NCBI GenBank assembly: GCA_903895725.1 | Contig: CAITUV010000030.1 | Span: forward strand, 8,603-72,602 | Source of the DNA: an uncultured Myxococcales bacterium | GTDB taxonomy: Bacteria; Myxococcota_A; UBA9042; CAIXZC01 | Length of the DNA: 64,000 nucleotides | Reading direction: 5' to 3' | Part shown: positions 1-10,400 of the stretch, piece by piece | Numbering within the stretch: the stretch's first letter is position 1 | Layout of the letters: every line of letters begins with the position of its first letter | Made by a program: the position numbers and the translations under genes | The notes under the pieces: model-generated | What the model saw: the letters and a program-made list of their open reading frames with translations, nothing else | Databases searched by the model: none | What the model was told of the DNA's origin: nothing

Positions 1-477
1 GTAGACCCGTCCTCCCAAGAGCTCCTCCCCGGGGATCCCGGGATGCAGCGGCACGGTTCCACAGGCGAGCACCACCGACCGCGCCGCAAGCTCGCCGAAG
101 TCGCCGGTCACCCGAAAGCCGGGCCTCGATGTCTCGAGAGGGGCAGGAAGCGGCTGATCATCGTACGGGTCCACGTTCCGGGGCGACTCCGGCACCCGCC
201 TCTCTACCGGCCGGATCGAAGCAACCTCTCCCCGGCGAACCTTGAGCCCGAAACGGTCGAGGAACTGGCCCAGGCGCTGTGCCAGCTCGGAGCCTCGCAG
301 AGGGCGCTCGCTGCCCGGGTAGTTCTCCACCCGGAAGGCATTGGAGATCAGTCCTCCTGCAACCCCGCTCCGGTCCAACAGCACGGGGCTGCCTCCCAGG
401 CGCTTGAACTGGACTGCAGCGGCGCAGCCCGCCGGTCCCGCTCCCACCACCAGCAGCTCGATGTTCGAGTCGCTCAT
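1..477 (-). CDS. FAD/NAD(P)-binding oxidoreductase (pyridine nucleotide-disulfide / thioredoxin-reductase-like), N-terminal part; gene continues past window start
   Basis: Minus-strand translation from ATG (revcomp of cat 475-477) gives MSDSNIELLVVGAGPAGCAAAVQFKRLGG..., a classic GxGxxG dinucleotide-binding N-terminus. The reading frame stays open to position 1. Confidence 0.6.
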   Translation of the reverse strand, partial: MSDSNIELLVVGAGPAGCAAAVQFKRLGGSPVLLDRSGVAGGLISNAFRVENYPGSERPLRGSELAQRLGQFLDRFGLKVRRGEVASIRPVERRVPESPRNVDPYDDQPLPAPLETSRPGFRVTGDFGELAARSVVLACGTVPLHPGIPGEELLGGRVY

Positions 478-498
478 TGTCACACCTCTCCCGTCCCG

Positions 499-1167
499 TC
501 AGTCAGCGCACATGTCCAGGATTTCACGGGTCCCGAGAACGACAGCGACACAGCTTGCCATTCCGGCAAGCGACGCGAGATGATGCCGCTCGCCGGTCGT
601 GGCGGTGGCATCGGCAGCAACGAAGGTTTCAAACCCGAGGACGAACGCCGAGCGAGCCGTAGTCTCGCAGCACATCTGGGTGAGCACGCCGGTGACCAGC
701 ACCTGGTCGCAGCCCGTGAGGCGTAGGTGCGTTTCGAGCCCCGTGCCAGCGAAGGCATCATAGGTGGTCTTGCGAAGGACGAGGTCCGACTCGGCTACGG
801 GCTGCAATGCGTCGACGAGCTCTGCCTCCGGCTCTCCGAAGTGAATGTAGTCCGAAAAGAACTTCCCGAGCATGCCGAGGTCGTGCGGCCCCTCGTGGGC
901 ATGGCGGGTGAACACCACGGCTCCGCCCCTGCGGTGCCAGGCATCCACGAGGCGGCCCACGTTCGGCAAGATGGCCTTCGTGGCCGGGAGATACGCTCGT
1001 CCCCGCGGACTTGCGAAGTAGTGGACCAGGTCGATGACCAGCAGCGCACAGCGGCTCGGATTGAGGCGAAGGTTCGGCCTCGGTCGGACTCGTCGGCGCA
1101 GTGATGCGAGCCACGCCTCACCCTTGCGCTCGATGTTCTGACTCGTCACGTACGCTCTGCTACGCAT
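499..1167 (-). CDS. isochorismatase-family cysteine hydrolase
   Basis: 222 aa; LLVIDLVHYF, VFTRHAH and KTTYDAFAGTGLETHLRLTGCDQVLVTGVLTQMC motifs typical of isochorismatase-like hydrolases (catalytic Cys in TQMCC). Confidence 0.75.
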   Translation of the reverse strand: MRSRAYVTSQNIERKGEAWLASLRRRVRPRPNLRLNPSRCALLVIDLVHYFASPRGRAYLPATKAILPNVGRLVDAWHRRGGAVVFTRHAHEGPHDLGMLGKFFSDYIHFGEPEAELVDALQPVAESDLVLRKTTYDAFAGTGLETHLRLTGCDQVLVTGVLTQMCCETTARSAFVLGFETFVAADATATTGERHHLASLAGMASCVAVVLGTREILDMCAD

Positions 1168-1200
1168 GGGCGGTACCGCATTCCCATCTGGAGCACGTGG

Positions 1201-2562
1201 TCAACTTCCCGAGACTACCATCTCCCGGATGAGCAGGGAAGGACTGTCCGTCCCGTAGCGGAGCTCGAGGTCGTTCCCAACTCCGATGACATCCTTGAGC
1301 ATCGTTCCCAGGTTGCCCGACACGGTGACTTCCTGGACCGGCTTTCCAGGCTTCCCGCTCTCCACCCAGAACCCCCTCACCCCCCGAGAGAAGTCTCCGG
1401 TCGCGTGGTTGAAGCTGAACCCGACGAAGGAGTTCACCAGGAGCCCGGTCCCCAGTTGGGCAAGCAGGGCCTCACGACTTTGAGTGCCGTTGGCCACGCT
1501 GAGGTTGTAGGAGCGGATCGCCCCGCCGCCGGCCGAGTGACCCGTGCTTGCTCGATTCAGCTTGCGTGCGGCGAAGGTATCGCACGGATAGAGCTTGAGG
1601 ATTCCCCGGTCCACCAGCGTGCGGGTTGCCGTCGCCACGCCCTCGTTGTCGAACGGGGCCGAGGCCAACCCCCGCTGTCGGAGCGGATCGTCGACGATCG
1701 TGACCTGGTTGGAGGCCACGCTCTCCCCCTCCTTGCCCGCCAGGAAGCTGGCCCCCTTGTAGATGCGGTCACCCGAGATGCACTCGAACAGGTGCGTGAG
1801 AAGCCCCATGGCCGTCTCCGGGGAAAAGAGGACCGGGTAACGCCCCGTGGTCACCTTGTTGTCCGCCCCGATCTGGTCGAGACAGCGGCGGGCGGCAACC
1901 CGGCCGATGGCCTCGGCCTCCTCCAGGTCGCCAAGGTGTCGGGCCGAGCAGAACCAACCGTCCGAATACTTGTTCCCGGCATCATCCTCGGCCACGGGAG
2001 AGACCGACAAGGTGATGGCGCTCCCCGGACGGAACGCCGCAAGCCCCAGGGTGTTGAAGCGCATCACGCCCCCACGGGCAAGACCCACGTCCGCTCCCGA
2101 CGAGTTCTTGATTCGTGGATCCGCCGCCATGGCCGCTGCCTCGCCCCGGATGGCCATTTCCCTGGCGAGCTGCGCCGAGACGTCGGTCACCTTGGGATCG
2201 TACAGGTCGAGGTCCGGCCCCCCGGCATAGAGCAGCTCCCTTTCCGGCATCCCCGTGGCCGGATCCTCGTCCACCAGGTCGACTGTGGCCGAAAGCCTCT
2301 CCACCAGGGACAGCAACCGCTCCCTCTCCAGGTGGGACGTGCTCGAGCTCACGCTCCGCTTCCCCTTGTAGACCCGGATGGAGAACCCGACAGGGGCACT
2401 CTGGCGGATCTCCTCCAGCTTGCCCAGCCGCACCTTGACCGTCAGGTCATCCTGGGCCGAGAAGGCCATCGAGGCCTCGAGCCCGAGCGCTGACGAGCGC
2501 TGGAGCACAGCATCGGCCAGCCCTTTCCATTCCTTCTGCAGGCGTTCGAAATCGAAGCTCAT
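1201..2562 (-). CDS. pmbA: PmbA/TldE metalloprotease subunit
   Basis: Start trimmed to MSFDFERLQKEW (ATG at 2560-2562). Full-length similarity to the PmbA/TldE family (C-terminal ...GDFSRGVRGFWVESGK...). Overlaps the upstream tldD by ATGA. No signal peptide. Confidence 0.8.
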   Translation of the reverse strand: MSFDFERLQKEWKGLADAVLQRSSALGLEASMAFSAQDDLTVKVRLGKLEEIRQSAPVGFSIRVYKGKRSVSSSTSHLERERLLSLVERLSATVDLVDEDPATGMPERELLYAGGPDLDLYDPKVTDVSAQLAREMAIRGEAAAMAADPRIKNSSGADVGLARGGVMRFNTLGLAAFRPGSAITLSVSPVAEDDAGNKYSDGWFCSARHLGDLEEAEAIGRVAARRCLDQIGADNKVTTGRYPVLFSPETAMGLLTHLFECISGDRIYKGASFLAGKEGESVASNQVTIVDDPLRQRGLASAPFDNEGVATATRTLVDRGILKLYPCDTFAARKLNRASTGHSAGGGAIRSYNLSVANGTQSREALLAQLGTGLLVNSFVGFSFNHATGDFSRGVRGFWVESGKPGKPVQEVTVSGNLGTMLKDVIGVGNDLELRYGTDSPSLLIREMVVSGS

Positions 2563-4109
2563 GCCGTTCCTCCCACCGTGATCCCGTCGATGCGCGTGGT
2601 CGGGATTCCGACTCCCACGGGGACCCGCTGGTCCCCCTTGCCGCAGGTCCACCGGCCGTCACTCTGCACCAGGTCGTTGCCGACCATGGCAACCTTGGAC
2701 AACGCATCGGGGCCGTTGCCGATGATCACCACGTCCTTGAGCGGTGCCGTCAGCTTCCCGTCCTCGATGAGGTAGCTCTCGACGACCTGGAACACGAAGT
2801 CCCCGTTGGAGATGTTCACCTGCCCGCCCGAGAACGTCTGGCAGTAGATCCCCTTCTTGACGCTCGCAATGACCTCTTCCGGCGTGGCCGTCCCGGGCAA
2901 CATGTAGGTGCACGTCATGCGGGGCATGGGCGGGAAGCGGTAGGCCTCTCGGCGCCCGTTTCCGGACGGGGAGAGCCCGTAATGCCTCGCACTGATGAAG
3001 TCGTGCATGTACCCCTTGAGGATTCCGTTCTCGATGAGCACGTTGCGGGTTGCAGGTGCCCCCTCGTCGTCGACGTGGATGGCCCCTCTGGAGCCCTCCT
3101 GGAGCCCCTCGTCCACGACCGTGCACAGCGTGCTGGCCACCGGCTGGCCTACGCGTCCCGAGTATTTCGACGTGCCCTTCCGGTTGAAATCGGCCTCGAG
3201 CCCGTGCCCCACGGCCTCGTGAAGGAGCACTCCCGAATCCCCCGGAGCCAGCACCACGACCTGCTCACCCGCCGGTGCGGGCTTTGCATCGAGCATGTCC
3301 ACCGCCAGGTGCGCTGCCTTCTTCGCCAGCACCTCCGGCGTCGTCGTGTCGAAGTACTCGAGCCCCGCCCTTCCGCCGCCGGCAGCGTAGCCCTGCTGTC
3401 GCCTGCCGTCCTTCTCGGCCACCACCGTGACCCGGAACGTGAGCATGGGCTGGAGATCCACAAACAGCGCTCCCCGGGAGTTGACAAGCCCTAGAATCCG
3501 CAGCTCCTCGGACAGGCCAATGTCCACCTGCTTGACATACGGAGAGTACGCCCTGGCTGCCTTGTCCGCCCGGGCCAGCAGCTGCAGCTTGTCCCTGGCC
3601 GGGATGAGCACCGAGGGGTTCTCTCCCGTATACAGCCGACCGGCGGCCGGAACACTTCCCGCCGGCGTAATCACCTTTGCCCCGTCTCCCCCTTCGGCCA
3701 CTCCAGCCACTTCGCCGGCGATGCGCAGAAACTCGTCCGGCTCGAGCTTCTGTGTGTAGCCGTAAGCCTGGGTATCCCCCAGCACGGCTCTCAGCCCGGC
3801 CCCGGAATCCTCGACGTAGCTCACGTCGCGGATTCTGCCATCTTCCTGGATGATGGACGTGCGCACGGTATCCTCCAGGAACAGCTCGCCCAGCTCGGCC
3901 CCTTTGCCCACCATGCGGGTCACGGCCTTCATGGCATCGTCCAGCGGAATCCTGAAATGCCTCGCCAGAACGTCTTCCTTCGTCATCGTCGTCTCCCCCG
4001 CAAGCAGCCCGGAAGACCACCGGGGCAGGAGCATCATCCCGCCCGCAGCCGCCGCTCCGGCAACCAGGAACTTCCTGCGACTCCATCCTGTCGGCTCAAC
4101 CATCGGCAT
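2559..4109 (-). CDS. tldD: TldD metalloprotease with twin-arginine (Tat) signal peptide
   Basis: HEAVGHGLEADFNRKGTS zinc-binding motif; collinear with E. coli TldD through the C-terminus ...VGGTA. N-terminus MPMVEPTGWSRRKFLVAGAAAAGGMMLLP carries an S-R-R-x-F-L Tat motif. Start chosen at cat 4107-4109; the upstream 66 codons of the ORF are likely non-coding. Confidence 0.8.
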   Translation of the reverse strand: MPMVEPTGWSRRKFLVAGAAAAGGMMLLPRWSSGLLAGETTMTKEDVLARHFRIPLDDAMKAVTRMVGKGAELGELFLEDTVRTSIIQEDGRIRDVSYVEDSGAGLRAVLGDTQAYGYTQKLEPDEFLRIAGEVAGVAEGGDGAKVITPAGSVPAAGRLYTGENPSVLIPARDKLQLLARADKAARAYSPYVKQVDIGLSEELRILGLVNSRGALFVDLQPMLTFRVTVVAEKDGRRQQGYAAGGGRAGLEYFDTTTPEVLAKKAAHLAVDMLDAKPAPAGEQVVVLAPGDSGVLLHEAVGHGLEADFNRKGTSKYSGRVGQPVASTLCTVVDEGLQEGSRGAIHVDDEGAPATRNVLIENGILKGYMHDFISARHYGLSPSGNGRREAYRFPPMPRMTCTYMLPGTATPEEVIASVKKGIYCQTFSGGQVNISNGDFVFQVVESYLIEDGKLTAPLKDVVIIGNGPDALSKVAMVGNDLVQSDGRWTCGKGDQRVPVGVGIPTTRIDGITVGGTA

Positions 4110-4305
4110 GCTCCAAATGTGTGCGCAGAACGTCCGGCGCTCGGCACATTCTAGCCAACAGGGCAGCCAGGGAACAACGGAAATCGGCGCGGCCCGCAAG
4201 GGCTCCGTTGATGCACCCGACGTTGCGAGATTGACACCCACATGGGCACGAGCCGATAATGGGCCGGTCGATGTGGTCGTCGAACACAGAAACGGAGCCG
4301 GTGCC

Positions 4306-7300
4306 ATGAAGAAGGGAATGCTGCTGCTCGCGTGCGGTTTCCTCTGGACGTTGTCCGCCTTCCCCGCAATGGGCCAGGAGGTGGGCGGAGCGAAGGTTGG
4401 GCTCGACTACCAGCGGCTTGGGCATCGTGTCCAGCTCGTGAGCCCGCACGTGGTCGAGTGGATCCAGGGTAAGAAGAGCCCGCTGCCGGATGGAATCCAC
4501 GTGGATCGCCATCACGCTCCGGTCAATCCCATCCAGGAGCTTGCCGGCTACGAGACGGTGGCCGCTTCCCGCATGGTTCACCAGTTCGTCCCCGGCGATG
4601 CCGTTGTGTACCACTTCAGCAGCGGCAAGATGGCGTGGGAGGCCGTTACCCCGGACTCGGCGACGACGCTGACCGACAGTGCCGTCGAGGCGGTCGGTCT
4701 GGCCCCCGACTGGATCAAGGTCCGGCTGGTCAGCACGCTGGCACGCCTCAACGGACCGCTCCAGGACGAGCTGGCCGGGCTGATGCTCGAGGCCGAGGAC
4801 CCGAAATACCTGGACGAAATCGCCTTTCTTATCGCCACTCTGACGACCACCGACATCACGCACCCGAGCTTCCGCTCCCGCTACATTGCCGATCAGCCGA
4901 AGTTCATCTACGCGGCCGACCCGATGCTGGACTATGTCGAGCTGGTCGATGTCGGCGAGCCGGGCAAGGGGGACTACTACACCACCGCGACCTACAAGCT
5001 GTCGAAGGACGGCCAGGAATTCGATTGGTCGCTGCCCAAGGAGTACTACTACTGGTGGATCGTACACACCCGACTTGACGGCGAGGAGCTCTTCGACGTC
5101 AACCCCGAGACCGGGAAGTTTTCCGGCTATCCAAAAGGCCTCACGTTCCGGGAGTACTTCCTCTTCCCGGACCCGGCCAAGGTCGATACCTACATGCGGC
5201 ACTACGTGTTCAAGAAGCCGCCCGAGTGGGAGATCTTCGGCGGCCTCGACGACAACCCCTTCGACGCCCTGTCCGGCTGGAAGCCCTCGCAGAAGGGGTA
5301 CTTCACGCAGATGGCCATCGGCCCGAGCCTGCTCACCACGGATTCCAAGGGACAGCCGACCACAGTCGAGTTCAAGGTGCGCCCCAAGGGGCACGTGCTG
5401 GCCACCACCCTGATGGTGGAGAAGGCCTACTCGCAGAAGAAGTCGAACCTGCTGCGGTCGATGCTTCGCTACGGGCCCGGGCTCGTGGTGCAGGATCCCA
5501 AGCACAAGCACCTGGTGATCATGGAGCGGGCACCGTTCGGCCTCGAGGGGATCATCGAGGGCGTGCTGGACGAGTACGAGGTGGACTACCAGGTCATCAC
5601 TGCGGCCGAGCTGGCCGAGGTGGACCTTTCCGAGGTCCGGAAGATCATCGTCCCGTCCGACCAGCCGCTGGCCGTCTACCAGGCGCTGGCCGACAACCGG
5701 GAGAAGCTGGAGAAGTGGCTCTCCGAGCAGTGGCGGATCCTTGAGCTGCACGGGGCGGTTGCCTCCAAGGAGGACGACTGGTCCGGCCTCGTGATGCCGG
5801 GCAACTTCACGGCAGCGGACCTTGCCGGAGCAGGCGACGACGAGGTCAACGTCGAGGGCTTCCCCAGGCTGACGAGGATCATGGCGGACACCACGATCGC
5901 CTGGGATGGCAAGAGCTACAATCTCTCGGGCGACCGCATCTTCGATCCGGCCACCTTCGCCATCGACAAGGTCGGCTGGTTCTCCTCCCAGAACATCTGG
6001 GACAGCATCATCGACTGGTCGGAGAAGCATCCCTGGCTGCCGGGCCCTGAGCGCACCGTGCAGGCCAACCGGCTCATCTACAACCACTTCGGCAACTGCG
6101 GCGAGAACCAGGACATCGTGACGGCTTCGACGCGCTCGGCTCTCATCCCGGCATCGAACACCAACAACAGCTGCGAGGACCATGTCTGGTCCGAGTTCTA
6201 CCTGGACGGCGGCTGGCACACCTACCAGATCGGGTGGGCCGACGGCGGAACCGACATCGATGCACCCGGCATTTCCTCGGGGAAGAAGTTCGGCGGCGGC
6301 AAGAACAACAGCTTCGTCGTCCAGACCAAGGGGGACGGCTCCCTCGTCAACCACACCGATACCTACCACTTCACCGGCCAGATCCACTTCACCGTGCTCG
6401 ATGGCGCGGGCAACCCCATCCAGGGGGCTGCCGTCCTTATCGTCACGGAGTCCTACTACCAGGAAGCGGACGGAACGTTCCCGCTCACGTTCGGCTTCTG
6501 GGACATCACCGACTCGCAGGGGAAGGTCACCATCCAGGCCGGGGCCAACATCGAGGACCCCATGAGCAACTGCCTGGAGAATCCCGACCTGCGCTGCAAC
6601 AACTACTACGTCAAGGTGGTGACGGGCATCGGCAACTTCCCCCCGGAGGAAGGATACGTGAGCAAGGTCGTGGACCAGCTCGAGGCGGTCAAGGACTTCG
6701 AGAAGGACGTGACCATCACGGTGGACGCCCTGCCTCCTGCCCCCGTGCGCCCCGACGGATCGGCCCAGTACGCCGGCGGGGACGAAGCATCCGGCATCGC
6801 CATTGAGGTCGGACTGCTCCGGGAGATGGCCTGCGGTCTCAGCCTCTACTCCGGCAAGTACTGCGGCGAGGTCGGCGACCCGCTGTTCGGCTTCCCCCCT
6901 GCACCTCAGGATGGCAGTGAGACCCAGTCGGCCGGCGCCCTGGATTTCTACCTGCTCGATTCGGCCGCATTCCAGGCGTACTCCGCTGGCCAGCCGTTCC
7001 AGGCGCTCGTCATCGAAGAGGGGCTGACCGAGGGATATGAGCTCGCCATTCATCCGCCCAAGTTCGGCGATTGGTACGCCCTGTTCCGCCACCAGTCCAG
7101 GTACCAGCACGAGATGCTGGCCGACGTGAAGCTGTCGGTGCTGAGCGGGAGCGATGTCTCTCTGGAGCCGTCCCCGGAGCCGGTCGACTCGGACGTGACG
7201 GCCCCGGTCGAAACCGATGCCGCAACGGGTGTCGACGTGGCCGGAGAAGTCGCTCCCTCTCCGGCCGATGACGATGCGCCGTCCCCCGCCGAGAAGAAGG

Positions 7301-7410
7301 ACTCGGGATGCAGCGCCGGCCCTGGAGCTTCAGGATCGACTCTGCTCATCTGCCTGCTGCTGCTTGCCGCAACCCTGGTTCTGCGCCGGGCGAACCGAGC
7401 CGGGCAATAG
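4306..7410 (+). CDS. secreted transglutaminase-like cysteine protease domain protein with MYXO-CTERM sorting tail
   Basis: Start trimmed to MKKGMLLLACGFLWTLSAFPAMGQE (signal peptide, ATG 4306); the upstream part of the 3850 ORF overlaps tldD antisense. Transglutaminase core ...GNCGENQDIVTASTRSALIPAS...EDHVWSEFYLDGGWHTYQ (Cys/His/Asp). C-terminus DSGCSAGPGASGSTLLICLLLLAATLVLRRANRAGQ is a MYXO-CTERM-type motif. Confidence 0.7.
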   Translation: MKKGMLLLACGFLWTLSAFPAMGQEVGGAKVGLDYQRLGHRVQLVSPHVVEWIQGKKSPLPDGIHVDRHHAPVNPIQELAGYETVAASRMVHQFVPGDAVVYHFSSGKMAWEAVTPDSATTLTDSAVEAVGLAPDWIKVRLVSTLARLNGPLQDELAGLMLEAEDPKYLDEIAFLIATLTTTDITHPSFRSRYIADQPKFIYAADPMLDYVELVDVGEPGKGDYYTTATYKLSKDGQEFDWSLPKEYYYWWIVHTRLDGEELFDVNPETGKFSGYPKGLTFREYFLFPDPAKVDTYMRHYVFKKPPEWEIFGGLDDNPFDALSGWKPSQKGYFTQMAIGPSLLTTDSKGQPTTVEFKVRPKGHVLATTLMVEKAYSQKKSNLLRSMLRYGPGLVVQDPKHKHLVIMERAPFGLEGIIEGVLDEYEVDYQVITAAELAEVDLSEVRKIIVPSDQPLAVYQALADNREKLEKWLSEQWRILELHGAVASKEDDWSGLVMPGNFTAADLAGAGDDEVNVEGFPRLTRIMADTTIAWDGKSYNLSGDRIFDPATFAIDKVGWFSSQNIWDSIIDWSEKHPWLPGPERTVQANRLIYNHFGNCGENQDIVTASTRSALIPASNTNNSCEDHVWSEFYLDGGWHTYQIGWADGGTDIDAPGISSGKKFGGGKNNSFVVQTKGDGSLVNHTDTYHFTGQIHFTVLDGAGNPIQGAAVLIVTESYYQEADGTFPLTFGFWDITDSQGKVTIQAGANIEDPMSNCLENPDLRCNNYYVKVVTGIGNFPPEEGYVSKVVDQLEAVKDFEKDVTITVDALPPAPVRPDGSAQYAGGDEASGIAIEVGLLREMACGLSLYSGKYCGEVGDPLFGFPPAPQDGSETQSAGALDFYLLDSAAFQAYSAGQPFQALVIEEGLTEGYELAIHPPKFGDWYALFRHQSRYQHEMLADVKLSVLSGSDVSLEPSPEPVDSDVTAPVETDAATGVDVAGEVAPSPADDDAPSPAEKKDSGCSAGPGASGSTLLICLLLLAATLVLRRANRAGQ

Positions 7411-7434
7411 CTGGGGAGCTGGCTGTCTGGTGCC

Positions 7435-10400
7435 CTACAGGTCGAACTTGGTGTAGGCAGGAACGGTGGTGCCGGTGATCTGAGCGCCCTTGACCGCGAT
7501 GCGGCCCACGCCGCCCGTGCCACCGTCGTAGCCTCCGCACGTGCACACGCCGCCGCCGCCACCGGAGGACTTGATCAGCGAGCTGCCCAGTGCCGCCGTC
7601 TGGGCAACGAAGTACATGCCGCCGCCAGCGCCGCCGCCGCCGCCGGCCATGCCGCAGCCCCAGCCTCCGCACGAGCCCTGGTTGCCGTTGGCACCGCCGC
7701 CGCCGTGTGACGTGACGCCGTTTCCCGCGATGCTGATGTCGACCGCCTTGATGATCACGATGCCGCCGCCGTTGCCGCCTGCACCGGGGTTGCCGCCGTC
7801 CTCGTCGCCGCCGCCTTCACCGCCGGCCCCGCCGAACAGGATCAGCGTGCCGGTGTTCGCATTCCCAGCGGACAGCCCGCCCAGTCCTCCGAGGTTCGGG
7901 CAGGGGGCACAGGTGCCGCAGCCACCGTTGGCCCCAGCCGATCCGTCGCTGCCGTAGCCACCGCCGCCGCCGGCCGCACAATCCTGGCCCCTGTTACCCC
8001 CGCCGCCACCCTGGCCGTTGCGGGCCGGAGCCGCTCCTCCGGTTCCAACGGGGCCCGATGCGGATTCGCCCGATATGCCGTCCGCACACCGGTAGAAGCA
8101 GCCATGCGAGCTCCCGCGGAACCCGCTGGCGTTCATGGAGATCGCACCGCTGCCCGACACGACCAGCTTCCCCGTCGCCAGGAAGGCCAGGATACCTCCG
8201 GAATTACCGTTGAAGGCCGGTGCAGCGAGGGTGCCGCCCGAAACGGTGACGTCGGTGTACTCCATGACTACGACCGCCTGAGCCCGGTTGTTACCGCCGA
8301 CCTTGTAGGTGTACTTGAGCGGCTCCGTCAGCGTCAGCGTGCCTCCCTGCCGTGACTGGATGACCTTCTCCTCCCACTGTCCAGCCCCCTCTCCCATGGT
8401 CTGGTGGAAGAGCACCCGACGTCCTGCGGCAAAGCCGGGGGCAGCCGCATCGATGCTGGCCGTCTTGGCAGCAGCGATTCCCTGAGCCGAGCTGTGCTGA
8501 GTGTTGATGGTCGTGGTCCCCGACGTCACGTTGAGCACGCCGTCCACTCCGGTCCCGTACAGCGAGCACTTGCCGGCATGGCACACGGCGTCGGCGATGC
8601 AGTCGGAGGAGAGGTTGCAGGGGACTCCGTGGCCGCACGGGGCGCAGGAGCCTCCGCAGTCCACTCCGGTCTCGGTGCCGTTCTTGACCTTGTCGTCGCA
8701 AGTGGGCGTGGCACACTTCCCTCCCGTACAGATCTTGCTGGCACAGTCCTGGTTCACCACACAGTCCAGACCCGGAGCGCAACCGGGGCAGAGCGCCCCG
8801 CAGTCGAGGTCGGTCTCGTCCCCGTTCTTCACGCCATCGTCGCAAGCCGGCTCCTGGCAGAGGTCGCCGTCGCACACCTGGCTCTCACAGTCCTTGTCCT
8901 CGATGCAGCCCAGGCCGTCGGCACATGGTGGGCAGGGACCGCCGCAGTCGAGGTCGGTCTCGTCCCCGTTGGGCTGGTTGTCGTCGCAAGCCGGGACCTG
9001 GCAGATGCCGCCGGTGCACACATAGCTGGCGCAATCGCCGTGGATGACGCACTTCTTGCCGTCCGCACACTTGGGGCACACCCCTCCGCAGTCCACGTCC
9101 GATTCCTTCCCGTTGGCGAACGTGTCGTTGCACGTGGGAAGCTGGCAGATGTAAGTGCAGTCGTCGTTGTTGGCGTGATTGCCGTCGTCGCATGCCTCCG
9201 GAGCTTCCACGATGCCGTTGCCGCAACAGGGCTTGAGGAGAACGTGCGTGCACCCGAGGGCCGCGTCGCATCCATCCACCGTGCAGAGCAGGCCGTCGTT
9301 GCAGTCGAGCGGTGCCCCCCCCTTGCACTTGCCCGCAAGGCACTGGTCCGCTGTGGTGCAGGCGCTCCCGTCGTCACATCCGGCGGAGTTGGGTGCGTTC
9401 ACGCATCCCTTGACCGAATCGCACGAGTCGTCGGTGCAGACGTTCCCGTCATCGCACGATGCCTCCTGACCCGGAATGCAGGCCCCGTCGAGGCATTCGT
9501 CGTCCACCGTGCAGGCGTTGCCGTCCGAGCAGGGCGCAGTGTTGTTCCCATGAGCACATCCGGAATTCGAATCGCACGAGTCATCGGTGCAAGGGTTCTC
9601 GTCGTCGCAGTCGAGCGCTGGGCCCCCCAGACACTCGCCGGCCTTGCAGAAGTCTCCGACGGTGCACGCATTGCCGTCGTCGCACGAAGAGCTGATGTTG
9701 GCGCTCTTGCACCCGCTCTTCGGGTCGCACCAGTCCGTCGTGCAAGGGTTCTTGTCGTTGCAGTCCTTGGGGGCTCCACCGCACGCTCCCTCGGAGCACA
9801 AGTCATTCTCGGTGCACACGTTTCCGTCGTCACATGCCTGCGTGTTGGGAGCGAACTTGCACACGCCGTCGACGCACGAATCGTCCGTGCATCCGTTCTT
9901 GTCGTCGCACGTCACCACCGCTCCGGACAGGCACTTCCCGTTCTTGCAGAAGTCGTTGACCGTGCAGGCATCGCCGTCCGTGCAGGCCACGGAGATGTTC
10001 TCGTGGGCGCAGCCTCCTCCGGGCAGGCAGATGTCCTTGGTGCATGGGTTCTTGTCATCGCATTCCAGCGACCCGGAGCCTTTGCAGATGCCGTTGACGC
10101 AGACGTCACCCGTGGTGCACGTGTTGTTGTCGTCGCAGGGGCTCGAGTTGGTCTTGAAGGTGCAGCCGGCCTGCGGATCGCAGCCGTCATCCGTGCACGG
10201 GTTGCCGTCGCTGCAGACGACGGGAACGAGCCCCGAGCACATGCCGTCTGCGCACTGGTCCGCGGACGTGCACGCGTTGGAGTCGTTGCAAGGGGCCGTG
10301 TTGGGGGTGTGGAAGCATCCGGAGTCGGGCAGGCAGCCGTCGTCGGTGCAGGGGTTGAAGTCGTTGCACTCGAGTGCCCCCTGTCCGATGCAGGCCCCCG

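Noticed and set aside
3850-4305. Upstream extension of the transglutaminase-like ORF
   Set aside because: Overlaps tldD on the opposite strand; a clean signal peptide begins at the internal Met (4306).
4096-7110. 1004-aa minus-strand ORF
   Set aside because: Antisense to the transglutaminase-like gene; Arg/Gly/Val-rich, no domains.
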